Part shown: piece after piece, positions 1 through 8,573 of the stretch
Layout: each line of letters opens with the position of its first letter
Numbering within the stretch: position 1 is the stretch's first letter
Assembly: GCA_009842505.1 (NCBI GenBank)
Contig: VYFG01000003.1
Location: 7,691 to 71,690, forward strand
Source of the DNA: Gammaproteobacteria bacterium
GTDB taxonomy: Bacteria > Pseudomonadota > Gammaproteobacteria > Arenicellales > Poriferihabitantaceae
Reading direction: 5' to 3'
DNA length: 64,000 bases
Program-made: the position numbers and the translations under genes
The notes under the pieces: generated by a model
Told to the model about the DNA's origin: nothing
The model's database searches: none
The model's input: the letters and a program-made list of their open reading frames with translations, nothing else

Positions 1-185
1 TCGAGCAGTGGCAGGCCGAGGGCTCCGTCGCCACCACCGAACGTGCCCTTCGCCATGCCCGGGAACTGCTCGCCGGCTACGAGGAGCCCGGGCTGGACGA
101 CGGCGTGGACGAGGCACTGAGGGACTTCATCGCCAGGCGGGAACGAGAAGTTCCCGCGGCCGATGCCCTGAACCAGACCCATTGA
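1..185 (+). CDS. 3' end of an MttB-superfamily (trimethylamine/quaternary-amine methyltransferase-like) gene; the start lies outside the window
   Basis: Frame 3 is open from the window edge to TGA at 183-185. It reads EQWQAEGSVATTERALRHARELLAGYEEPGLDDGVDEALRDFIARREREVP, which resembles the C-terminal tail I associate with non-pyrrolysine MttB-family proteins. Only 61 aa are visible. Confidence 0.45.
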   Translation, partial: EQWQAEGSVATTERALRHARELLAGYEEPGLDDGVDEALRDFIARREREVPAADALNQTH

Positions 186-189
186 AGCC

Positions 190-1539
190 ATGGTCCGCAT
201 GGCCGGTATCAATGTAAGGCGCCTGCCCAGGGACCCGGGACCCGCCGGGTGGAACCGCCTGCTGCCGGAACCGGAACCGGCCACGCCGCTGGAAGGCGCA
301 CAGACTACCGACTGGCTGGTGATCGGCGCCGGCTTCGCCGGGCTCGCGGCAGCCCAGCGACTCTCCCAGGTTTGTCCTGGCGAGCGTATCACCGTGCTCG
401 ACGCGACGCGGGTGGCCGATGGCCCGGCGGGGCGAAACTCCGGCTTCATGATCGACCTGCCCCACGACCTGGCATCCGGCGATTACGGTGGGTCCCTCGA
501 TTCGGATATCGCACAAACCGGGGATAACCGCATCGCCATCGACTTCGCGCGCGAAATGGCGGAGGAGTTCAGCCTGCCCGACGAGGCTTTTACGGTTTCC
601 GGCAAGATCAACGCCTCGGCCACGGAAAAGGGTGACCGGCTTAACCGGGACTATGCCGCACACCTGGCACCCATGGGGGAGAGCTACGAAATGCTCGATG
701 CCGCCCAGATGCGGGAACTCACCGGCATCGACTACTACCGGGGCGGCCTCCGCACCCCGGGAACGGCCATGATCCAGCCTGCCCGATTCGTTCGGGGCAT
801 TGCCAGGGGCCTGTGTTCCAAAGGGGTCGGACTCCACGAACAAAGCCCGGTGACACGCCTGGAGCGCCGGGGAGACTGGGTGGCCACGACCCCAGCAGGC
901 AGGCTGACGGCACCGCGCGTGATTCTTGCCGTGAACGGCCACCTCAACAGCTTCGGTTTTGCCGTCGGCAGGCTCATGCACATCTTTACCTATGCCTCCA
1001 TGACCCGCGCCCTTGCACCGGACGAAGTGCGCCGGCTTGGCGGCCAGGCCGCCTGGGGTGTCACGCCGGCAGATCCGATGGGCACGACGGTCCGGCGGAT
1101 ATCGGGAACCGGGGGGGATCGCATCGTAGTGCGCAACCGGTTCACCTTCGACCCGTCCATGGAGGTGGACAAAGCGCGCATTGCGCGGGTTGCCAGGGAC
1201 CATGACCGGGCATTCCGGGCACGCTTCCCGATGCTGGACGGGGTTCAGATGGAGTATCGATGGGGGGGACGCCTCTGTCTCAGCCGCAACAACGTCCAGG
1301 TCGTTCGTGAGTTGGATCGGGGTCTCTTCTCGGCATGCTGCCAGAACGGGCTTGGCACCACAAAGGGAACCCTTGCCGGAATGCTTGCCGCCGACCTGGC
1401 AACGGGCCATCCGTCGCCGGCCCTTGATCGGATGCTCGCCTCGAATGCCCCCCGGCGCCTGCCCCCGGAGCCGTTGGCACGGATCGGGGCCAACCTGCGC
1501 CTGAGATGGGCCGAAACCCGGGCGGGGGAAGAGCTGTAG
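190..1539 (+). CDS. FAD-dependent oxidoreductase (DAO/PuuB-like)
   Basis: 449-aa ORF with the N-terminal dinucleotide-binding motif DWLVIGAGFAGLAAA. It starts 5 nt after the preceding stop, so it is probably co-transcribed. Confidence 0.75.
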   Translation: MVRMAGINVRRLPRDPGPAGWNRLLPEPEPATPLEGAQTTDWLVIGAGFAGLAAAQRLSQVCPGERITVLDATRVADGPAGRNSGFMIDLPHDLASGDYGGSLDSDIAQTGDNRIAIDFAREMAEEFSLPDEAFTVSGKINASATEKGDRLNRDYAAHLAPMGESYEMLDAAQMRELTGIDYYRGGLRTPGTAMIQPARFVRGIARGLCSKGVGLHEQSPVTRLERRGDWVATTPAGRLTAPRVILAVNGHLNSFGFAVGRLMHIFTYASMTRALAPDEVRRLGGQAAWGVTPADPMGTTVRRISGTGGDRIVVRNRFTFDPSMEVDKARIARVARDHDRAFRARFPMLDGVQMEYRWGGRLCLSRNNVQVVRELDRGLFSACCQNGLGTTKGTLAGMLAADLATGHPSPALDRMLASNAPRRLPPEPLARIGANLRLRWAETRAGEEL

Positions 1540-1726
1540 CTGCACTGCCGCCCTCCGGCAAGGATTGGCAGGTCCGTATTCGGCATCCGGGTCCCGGTGT
1601 CCCGCCGCAATGTGGTACATCCATCGAAAGGGACCTTGCTGAACGAACCCGTCCTGCGCCCTTTTTTGAATCTGTGAGACAGCGTAACATCCGGTTATCT
1701 CGAAACGATCTGGAGTGGAGTTCTGC

Positions 1727-4201
1727 ATGAAAACCTTCCTGTCCTCCCTGGTATCGCTTTCCCTTATCGCCGGTTTGGGATGGCTTCCGGCTCAAGCCGG
1801 CCCGCTCGCACCGAAGCCGCGCGTCATCGCGGACCGGGACCGGGACTTTCTGGAGTGGTCCGGCGCCCAGACTCTCGAGGAGCTGCTGGACACCGGGATC
1901 GTCCGCTACTTTTTCACCGGGGGGCAACCGCTGCCGGTGCTGGTCAACGGCCGTCCCTATGCCTCGACCGCCCATGACCTGGACACCCTGCCGCTCTCGG
2001 CCATCGAACGTATCGAGCTGCTGAGCGGCGACAGCCTGGGTACGCTGGGAGGGGGGGCGGTACGCGGCGCAATCAATGTCGTCTTGCGGAAGGACCTGGA
2101 CGGCTTCGAGACGCGGGTGCTCACCCGATTGCCGAGCCGCGACGGCGGTGACGGCCGGCAGGGCAGCGCCTTCTGGGGCGGAGACGTCGGCCAGGGGCGC
2201 ATGACCATCGGAGTGGATGTCCTCGAGCGCGAGGAAATCCCCTCGCGGAGCCGGGAGTTCAGCCGCTCTGCCTGGCGGCCGGGCGGCGCATTCAACGAGA
2301 CGAAGAATGTCAGCATCAGCGGCAACACCGCTTGGGTGGTCCAGCGGGACGAGGACGATGAGGTAACGGGCGAAAGATCGGTCGCGCTGGGCGAGTGCGA
2401 CCCGGCGAAGGGCTATACCGGCCCGCTCACGAATCCGCCCGGCATCCGCAATGGCGATGAGGGCTGCGGCTTCCGCTACGGCGATATCATGTGGAACACC
2501 GACCGCCTTGAGCAGCGGACCGCGATCCTGAACCTGGACCATCCGCTCGGCGAAGGGGCGGAACTCCACATCGACGCGAACCTCGGGCAGGGTGAGACGG
2601 CCTTCCGCTACGCACCATCGGTCGACGTATTCAGCTTCACCCCCAGCCCGGAAGTGATAAGCGCGATCAACGAGGCGGCCGGCTCCATGATCGCGGACGC
2701 CAACGACCTCTTCGCCATCGGACACCGCTTTGTCGGCCATGGGAACCGCGACTGGCTGACGGAGTACGATGAATACGATGTTTCCGTAGGGGTCGTGGGG
2801 CAACTGGAGGAGGGTCTCGGCTACGATGCCCGCATCGACGTCTACCGGCTCGACGGTTCCCTGTCCGGCGACACCTTCGTGCATGCCGGCAGGATACGGG
2901 AGGAAATTGCGGCGGGCCATTACGACCTGGTGGACCCGTTTTCGACCGCCCCGGAGCATCTTCAGGCCATAAGAAACACCAGCCTGCGGGAGGAGATCGA
3001 TTTCGGCGACGACTCCCTGGGAGCCCGTCTGGCGCTGGAGGGGAACGCTTTCACAATCGGCGGCCGCGATGCGGCATGGACCGCGGGCCTCGACGCAGGA
3101 AGAGCGAAATCGCATTTGCTCCTGCGCTTTCGTGACCAGGACGGCATGACCCATCCTGTGACGCAGGTGCTCGGCGCCGGCGGGGTCAGCTATGCCGGCG
3201 AGAGAGAGACCGTGGGGGCGTTCGCGGAGCTGGCGCTCCCGCTGAACGAAACCCTGGATATCCGGCTCGCGGGCCGCGGCGACGAGTACGACGACGTGGG
3301 CGGGCTGGGCGCCTGGAGCCTGGCGACCGAGTACCGGCCGTCCGACTCCGTCACGCTGCGGAGTTCCTGGAGCACGGGGCAGAGGCCTCCTTCCATGTCG
3401 AGCCTGCACAGCACCGAAGACCAGGACCATCCCTACATCGAGTGCGATCCCGGCAGTCCGCCCCAACCCTGCACGGAACCCAATCCCCGACAGGTGACGC
3501 GCTACACCGCGGGCAACCCGGATCTCGATCCCTCGGACACCGATCGGTTCGCCGTCGGCGCTGAATTCCGCGATTCGTCCAGATACCTCAGTGTGGAATG
3601 GTATCGACTGTCGCGCTCCGGCCTGGTGGGGCAGAACACCGCCGACTGGGCCATGGAGAACTTCAGCGAGTGCGCGGACGGCGATACGGTTAACTGCATT
3701 GAGCGTACGGGTGGCGACATCACGATTTACGACAGCTATGCAAACATCGTTGAGGACGGGCTTTCGGGCATTACCACTCGCTTCGGCCGGGGCTTTGAGA
3801 CGGCCTGGGGCGATGCCAGCATAAGTGGCGCATGGCGGCATGTGACCGATACAGACCTGCGTATCGCCGACTACAGGGTACAATATCCCATCTCCAGGAA
3901 TATGGCCCGCGTCAGATTCGCGGCCCGGCGCGGCAACGTGCACGCCATCTGGACCGTGAACTACCGGGCCGGATTCAACAACCTGCGGGGCACGGGAGTG
4001 TTCGAATCCTGGACCGGCCACGACGTTGCGCTGGACTGGAAGAAACCCCTGGGGCTGGAAGGCGCGCGGGTTGCGATCGGCGTATTCAACCTCACCGATG
4101 CCAGTCTCACGGTGGACACCGCCAATCCCAACAGTACGGACGGTCCCACCGCGGCCGGCTGGGGCCGCACCTTCTTCCTGGCATTCAACATGCGGTTCTG
4201 A
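1727..4201 (+). CDS. TonB-dependent outer-membrane receptor
   Basis: ATG at 1727 is preceded by GGAG. The protein has a signal peptide (MKTFLSSLVSLSLIAGLGWLPAQA), a plug-like N-terminus (IERIELLSGDSLG), a long beta-barrel-like body and a C-terminal aromatic residue (FNMRF). Confidence 0.85.
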   Translation: MKTFLSSLVSLSLIAGLGWLPAQAGPLAPKPRVIADRDRDFLEWSGAQTLEELLDTGIVRYFFTGGQPLPVLVNGRPYASTAHDLDTLPLSAIERIELLSGDSLGTLGGGAVRGAINVVLRKDLDGFETRVLTRLPSRDGGDGRQGSAFWGGDVGQGRMTIGVDVLEREEIPSRSREFSRSAWRPGGAFNETKNVSISGNTAWVVQRDEDDEVTGERSVALGECDPAKGYTGPLTNPPGIRNGDEGCGFRYGDIMWNTDRLEQRTAILNLDHPLGEGAELHIDANLGQGETAFRYAPSVDVFSFTPSPEVISAINEAAGSMIADANDLFAIGHRFVGHGNRDWLTEYDEYDVSVGVVGQLEEGLGYDARIDVYRLDGSLSGDTFVHAGRIREEIAAGHYDLVDPFSTAPEHLQAIRNTSLREEIDFGDDSLGARLALEGNAFTIGGRDAAWTAGLDAGRAKSHLLLRFRDQDGMTHPVTQVLGAGGVSYAGERETVGAFAELALPLNETLDIRLAGRGDEYDDVGGLGAWSLATEYRPSDSVTLRSSWSTGQRPPSMSSLHSTEDQDHPYIECDPGSPPQPCTEPNPRQVTRYTAGNPDLDPSDTDRFAVGAEFRDSSRYLSVEWYRLSRSGLVGQNTADWAMENFSECADGDTVNCIERTGGDITIYDSYANIVEDGLSGITTRFGRGFETAWGDASISGAWRHVTDTDLRIADYRVQYPISRNMARVRFAARRGNVHAIWTVNYRAGFNNLRGTGVFESWTGHDVALDWKKPLGLEGARVAIGVFNLTDASLTVDTANPNSTDGPTAAGWGRTFFLAFNMRF

Positions 4202-4391
4202 GAGAGGACCGGTGTGGGTTCTTCACACTTGATGAAGTCCCGAATCGGTCTCCCCGACAGTATGCGATCCGGCACCACGGCGGCACGTCCGGCGAACGGC
4301 CGCCCTGCCCTGGCCGGATAGAGAGTTTCCGGATGCTTCCGTCTACAGCCCCGCTGAAGCCGGGGCATGAAGCTTCATCTCTCGGTCCAGG

Positions 4392-4775
4392 TCACAAGTG
4401 ATACCGCAGGGCAAGTATCCAGTCCTCGCTGGTGTTGTCCCTCTCCACGTTCTTCAAACTGAGGTTGATGCCCAGGTTTTCGGTGACCCGGCGTTCCAGC
4501 GTGATGAACAGCATGGATGAATCGAATTCGCCCACCGAGAATTTGGCCACGAAGCCGTCGAGTTTCCAACCGGGCCAGGGCAGGGTCCGTATGCCCACTT
4601 CAAGGTAATAGCCGTCATCCGCCACGACCGTGGGCGGGATGAGGTGGGGAAAGCCGGGAGCGGCGGTGCGGATCGTCGTTTCCGAGTTGATGTAGCCCGT
4701 GCGGTACTGCATCGTCTTGCCCTTGCCTTCCGGGCAGTGCGGCGCAGCTTCTCCAGTTCTTCGTCGGTGCGTTCT
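4392..4775 (-). pseudogene. C-terminal fragment of an outer-membrane beta-barrel protein gene, 5'-truncated
   Basis: The frame is open only from the fic stop codon downstream. Alternating amphipathic strands end in ...EDWILALRYHL. There is no signal peptide, N-terminal domain or credible start context. Confidence 0.3.
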
Positions 4776-5414
4776 CTATGGTTTTTTTGAGGGATCTTCC
4801 TTTTCGGAAGTCAGATTGTCCCGGATCAATTTGGCCAGATTGCCGCTGTCGCCATAGAATGACTCAATCGAGCCCCTGGTCTTATCCTCGCGGCTGATTC
4901 TACTCCACTCGATCTCATAACCAGCCTCACGGGCGACCTGGCCAATGAAGGCCCGCTGAGAACGGCCGTTTCCTTCCCGGAAAGGGTGCAAGGCGTTGAT
5001 CTCGCCAAGATAGTGACCGGCGCGTTCGCTGAATTTCTCTGCATTCATCCCCTTCAGGTGATTTTCATCGGCCAGCTGCCTGAACAGTTTGCCGGCTTCC
5101 TTCTCGATATGGACGTGATGGGCAAAGAGGTCATTGCCCCTGCCAATATCGATCTGGCGAATCTCGCCGGCCCAGGGATAAACATCACCAAACAGGTGCT
5201 TATGGATTTTCCGCAGGTGGTCCAGGTCGAAATTTCCTGGCAAGGGAGAGGTTTCGAGCTCCTGAGCCCGCAGGTAGGACAGGTTGGCTTCGGCCTTGTT
5301 AAGATCGGGTGTGTTTCTGATGCCAAGGATGTTTTTCAGAACACCATTGGGATCAATATAGGGATCAGATTCCGCATCATACGGCCCGGCGTCCGGATCA
5401 CGCTGATACGGCAT
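4776..5414 (-). CDS. Fic-domain toxin (class I Fic, FicT/VbhT-like adenylyltransferase)
   Basis: 212-aa ORF with the canonical Fic active-site motif HPFREGNGRSQR (HxFx[DE]GNGRxxR). Its start overlaps the upstream antitoxin ORF by 17 nt. Confidence 0.9.
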   Translation of the reverse strand: MPYQRDPDAGPYDAESDPYIDPNGVLKNILGIRNTPDLNKAEANLSYLRAQELETSPLPGNFDLDHLRKIHKHLFGDVYPWAGEIRQIDIGRGNDLFAHHVHIEKEAGKLFRQLADENHLKGMNAEKFSERAGHYLGEINALHPFREGNGRSQRAFIGQVAREAGYEIEWSRISREDKTRGSIESFYGDSGNLAKLIRDNLTSEKEDPSKKP

Positions 5415-5586
5415 AATTCCGTTTCATTGCCTCTACGGCGTCGGCACTGGTCATCTCGCCCTTGGCGACTTTAGCCGCAAGGTTCTTGGCATCCTGGCTG
5501 GGCTCCAGACCTTCCAGACGGACAGTAGCCAGTGCGGTACGCATGGCGTAATCACGGCGTTCTTGGCTGATTTTCTCTTTTTTCAT
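5398..5586 (-). CDS. VbhA/FicA-type antitoxin
   Basis: 62 aa counted from the MKKEK start at 5586. It contains the inhibitory [ST]xxxE[GN] motif (TVRLEG) and sits immediately upstream of, and overlapping, the fic gene. Confidence 0.75.
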   Translation of the reverse strand: MKKEKISQERRDYAMRTALATVRLEGLEPSQDAKNLAAKVAKGEMTSADAVEAMKRNYAVSA

Positions 5587-5590
5587 TGCT

Positions 5591-5615
5591 GTCACCAGTG
5601 ACAACGATTTTATCA
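5591..5615 (-). promoter_or_regulatory. Putative promoter/operator of the fic TA operon
   Basis: On the minus strand there is an extended -10 element, TGATAAAAT (5615-5607). It is followed by the inverted repeat GTCAC-CA-GTGAC (5591-5602), which sits 5-16 nt upstream of the antitoxin ATG. This layout is typical of an autoregulated TA operator. Confidence 0.35.
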
Positions 5616-5902
5616 CAAAACATCCTCTTAAGCCCCTGTTTTACTGTTCTTTTTGAGGCTCTAGCCGGTTCGAAAAATGGTCAAATCCCTTCACCCCGGC
5701 GATAAAATCACTATAGGCATATAGCTCATAGTCCATAGCAGCAATCTTACGGCCTTCCTTGACCGGTTCCGCCCTGAAACCGCCAACGCTGCAGCCGCCG
5801 CCCGGCGACTGCCGGAGTATTTTCAGCAAGTCGAAGAAATCTACTGATTTATTGGCCTGGGGCTTTGTGTCACACAAAGCAAAACCCGTTTTTCTTGCAT
5901 AG

Positions 5903-6123
5903 CCCACCAAGTCCGACCTGCGAGTGCGGCCAGTCTGTGTCTACACCAAGGATGATGTGCGCGGCCACCTGATCCTGTGCATGCTGACATATAACCGGGG
6001 TGGCACATGCGTCGGCGGTACGCACCGCTGCTGTTTGAGGAGGATGATCGTGAAGGGCCCGCAGGCGCCGGGACCACCACAGCGCTTCGCCCCACCAGAC
6101 CAGCCAGAAGTCGGGGTCGATGA
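5903..6123 (+). pseudogene. Remnant of the C-terminus of an IS4/IS1634-type DDE transposase (frameshifted)
   Basis: One frame reads PTKSDLRVRPVCVYTKDDVRGHLILCMLTY. After a frameshift near 5995 the sequence continues WHMRRRYAPLLFEEDDREGPA up to TGA at 6121-6123. Together these match the conserved C-terminal pattern of this transposase type (RP-x-Y/H...R-x-x-H-x-x-LCMLAY..WH). No catalytic region or inverted repeats were found. Confidence 0.3.
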
Positions 6124-6162
6124 CCTGCGCTTGCCGAAAGGCCTCGCCGGCATCCTCGAATT

Positions 6163-7617
6163 CTATGTGGCAAGCGCCGCCGACAGTCGTGGGTCGAGAT
6201 CGCCGGTTTCGCTCATGGCGTCGCGCAGTCCGGCCTGCAGACTCTCGAGCCGGACGCGATGCTCCGGGTCATCCGCGAGATTGCGCATCTCGTGCGGATC
6301 CGCATCCAGATCGTAGAGCTCGGTGAATCCGTCCTCCTGAACCACCAGCTTCCAGCCGTCCGCGTACCAACAGCGCTGCGGCGCCGGTTCGTGCAGCCCG
6401 TAGTGCTGGGCCATGAAACCCGTTCGCCACAGTGCCCGGGGCTCGCCCACCAGCTCTGCGAGGTTCCGCCCGTGCATGCGAACCCCTTCATCGATACCGC
6501 ACATCCGAAGGATGGTGGTCGGGAGGTCCAGGTTCGAGACCAGCCGATCGCAGGTCGTGCCGGGCGGGACTCCCGGGCCGCGCATCAGCAGCGGAATCCG
6601 CATGGTCTCCTCCACCATCATGCCTCCCTTGTTGCTTACGCCACCGTTCGAGCCCACTGCATCGCCGTGGTCGGCGGTGAACACGACCAGCGTGGAATCC
6701 GCCAGCCCGATGCGATCGACGGCTTCGACGACTCCGAGTAGAGCGGCCTCGACGAGCGCGACGTGCTCGAGCGCCCGTGCGACCATCCGTCGCCATTCCT
6801 GGGCATCGAGGCCCAGCGTGGTGCGCCAGTAGTCACGGTACCGGTGGTGGTGGGACGGTCGGCCTGCGAGGTCGAACAGGAGATTGTGCGACGGCTCGAC
6901 GGCGCTCGGTTCGAACATGCCGCGCCAAGGGGCCGCCAGCAGGTAGGGCGGGTGTGGCCCCCAAGGGTCGATCCTCACGAAAAAGGGATCCCGTCCAAGC
7001 GAGTCGAGCCAGCGTTCCACCAGGCGAGACAGGAAAAATGCCTCGTGCGCCTCGGCCGGACCGTCGAGGCGCGCGACGCCTGATTCGTAGTCGAACCATT
7101 CGTCCGCGTCCACGAGGTCGATCTGCGTCCCCACCGCGAGACCTGACTCTCCGGTCATCTCGATTTCCGCGACTGGCGGCGGTAGTCCCGCGTCCTCAAG
7201 GTAGCGCCGGTATTCAGGTGTCGCGTAGGGATAGCCGTAGCCCGGCAGCGAGAACCCCTCGAAGCCATAGTCGGAGGCGGATCGGTGATTGTCGACATGC
7301 CACTTCCCGAACCAGCCGCAGCGGTATCCGGCCTCACGCAACGGCTGGTGCACCAGCCGGTCGCCGGGATCCAGACCGGCCCGGCCACCGAATCGGCCGT
7401 CGTTCTCGGTGACACCGTGCGCATGAGGATACAGCCCGGTGAGCATGGAGGCACGCGCCGGACTGCACACGGGCAGAACCGTTCGGGCTCGCGTGAAGTT
7501 GCATCCCTCGCGCGCGAGCCGCCGCTTGAGGGCAGTGCGCCACACGGTTGGCCAATGATGGGCATGTGCCTGGTGATCGGCGACCATCCAAACGACGTTG
7601 AGCGGCCGATCAGTCAT
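6163..7617 (-). CDS. Cys-type (formylglycine-dependent) sulfatase, apparently cytoplasmic
   Basis: 484-aa ORF with the sulfatase signature CSPARASMLTG (C-x-P-x-R) after an N-terminal VVWMVADHQ metal-binding segment. No signal peptide is present. Confidence 0.85.
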   Translation of the reverse strand: MTDRPLNVVWMVADHQAHAHHWPTVWRTALKRRLAREGCNFTRARTVLPVCSPARASMLTGLYPHAHGVTENDGRFGGRAGLDPGDRLVHQPLREAGYRCGWFGKWHVDNHRSASDYGFEGFSLPGYGYPYATPEYRRYLEDAGLPPPVAEIEMTGESGLAVGTQIDLVDADEWFDYESGVARLDGPAEAHEAFFLSRLVERWLDSLGRDPFFVRIDPWGPHPPYLLAAPWRGMFEPSAVEPSHNLLFDLAGRPSHHHRYRDYWRTTLGLDAQEWRRMVARALEHVALVEAALLGVVEAVDRIGLADSTLVVFTADHGDAVGSNGGVSNKGGMMVEETMRIPLLMRGPGVPPGTTCDRLVSNLDLPTTILRMCGIDEGVRMHGRNLAELVGEPRALWRTGFMAQHYGLHEPAPQRCWYADGWKLVVQEDGFTELYDLDADPHEMRNLADDPEHRVRLESLQAGLRDAMSETGDLDPRLSAALAT

Positions 7618-7965
7618 GGTGCTCCGCTCCCGCCGAAACGGAACGCCTCATGGCCTGTGCCCTGTAGAAAGACGGAATTTGGAATGAAGCCAGATGAATG
7701 ATCCTGTTTACAAGGCTGGGCGATCAGGTTTCGGAACCCCCCGGATGGCATCACGGCCTGGCTGGGAAACAGACGGTCGTGGGATCTGAAGCCCATGCCC
7801 GGATTGGAAACCAAGGCCTGATCAGCTCAACCAAAGGAATTGATGTAGTTTGAGAAAGAGGAAATGGATCTCCGATAAGCCTCAATCGATCCGTTACCGG
7901 CTGCAGGGAAGTTCCTGTGGTATCAATCTTCCTTTGTCGACTGTCTGTCCCATTGGGCGTTTTCG

Positions 7966-8480
7966 CTATCTCTCCCAGTCGCACTTGCGAATCGTGATGC
8001 TGTGGTTGTTGGGCAGATACTTCGAGTCGTAGGTACAACTGCCACTGATGCCGACGTACTTGCCGGTGCCTCCGATGATCTCGGGGTGACCCGCACCCCC
8101 TCCGCCATCCTGTATGTCTCCGGCTTTCCGCCGCGACACCAAGAACAAACTGTCGCCGTCAGCGTTGGTGGTCGTGCAGGGCGCCTCGAGATCGATGCCA
8201 GCTTCCGTCTTGCAAGCATGGACAATGCAGGCCGCGGCCGAAACGGAACCCTCCACGAAAGGCGCACCGCTGCTTTGCAGCACGGTACTGGTGCCGTAAG
8301 CGCCCCCCGGTGACCTGGCCGCCGGCATGTTCGATGACGGTGTAGTCGCGCTCATAGCTATACAGGATGGTGAAGCTGCCGCCCTCTTCGGCGACAGCCG
8401 CCTGAATTGCCGCCAGAAACCAAGACACTACAACGACTGGCGTAAAAAAATATCAATCTCGCGAGGGACTTCGATTGCAT
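7966..8480 (-). pseudogene. Small secreted Cys-containing protein gene with two homopolymer frameshifts
   Basis: ATG at 8480 gives MQSKSLARLIFF. The frame breaks in the A7 run (8444-8450, T7 on the coding strand) and resumes as TPVVVVSWFLAAIQAAVA/EEGGSFTILYSYERDYTVIEHAGGQVTGG. It breaks again in the C6 run (8303-8308) and resumes as AYGTSTVL...GGTGKYVGISGSCTYDS...RKCDWER, with a stop at 7966-7968. Joining the three pieces gives a clean signal peptide plus a mature domain of about 145 aa. Confidence 0.55.
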
Positions 8481-8573
8481 GTTTCTTCCTCAAGCACAAG
8501 GGAACAGGCCCGAATACTACACACCGCCCGAATCACTGACCACCCTTCCGTAGAGCCAGAGTTCCGCCCGCTT

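Noticed and set aside
1540-1726. I checked the leader of the TonB-dependent receptor gene for a cobalamin or other riboswitch. A possible weak terminator is present (AAGGG...CCCTT followed by T6 at 1662-1667).
   Set aside because: I recognised no B12-box or other riboswitch consensus. The hairpin is only 5 bp with a 26-nt loop, which is too weak to call.
127-4021. Very long minus-strand ORFs (127-1728, 533 aa; 1280-4021, 913 aa) lie opposite the FAD oxidoreductase and TonB-receptor genes.
   Set aside because: They are shadow ORFs of the kind common in high-GC DNA. Their translations are Arg/Pro/Gly/Ala-rich with no motifs, while the plus-strand genes have clear family signatures.
4269-4277. 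CCGGCACCA is identical to the last 9 nt of tRNA-Thr and could be an old att-site repeat bounding the islet.
   Set aside because: It is in the opposite orientation to the tRNA gene, so it is not a direct repeat. A 9-mer match is also expected by chance about 0.5 times in both strands of 64 kb.
5641-5910. An 89-aa minus-strand ORF lies between the fic operon and the transposase remnant.
   Set aside because: It has no recognisable motif, no clear ribosome-binding site, and overlaps sequence that on the other strand looks like degraded transposase. I left it unannotated, but it could be a real small gene.
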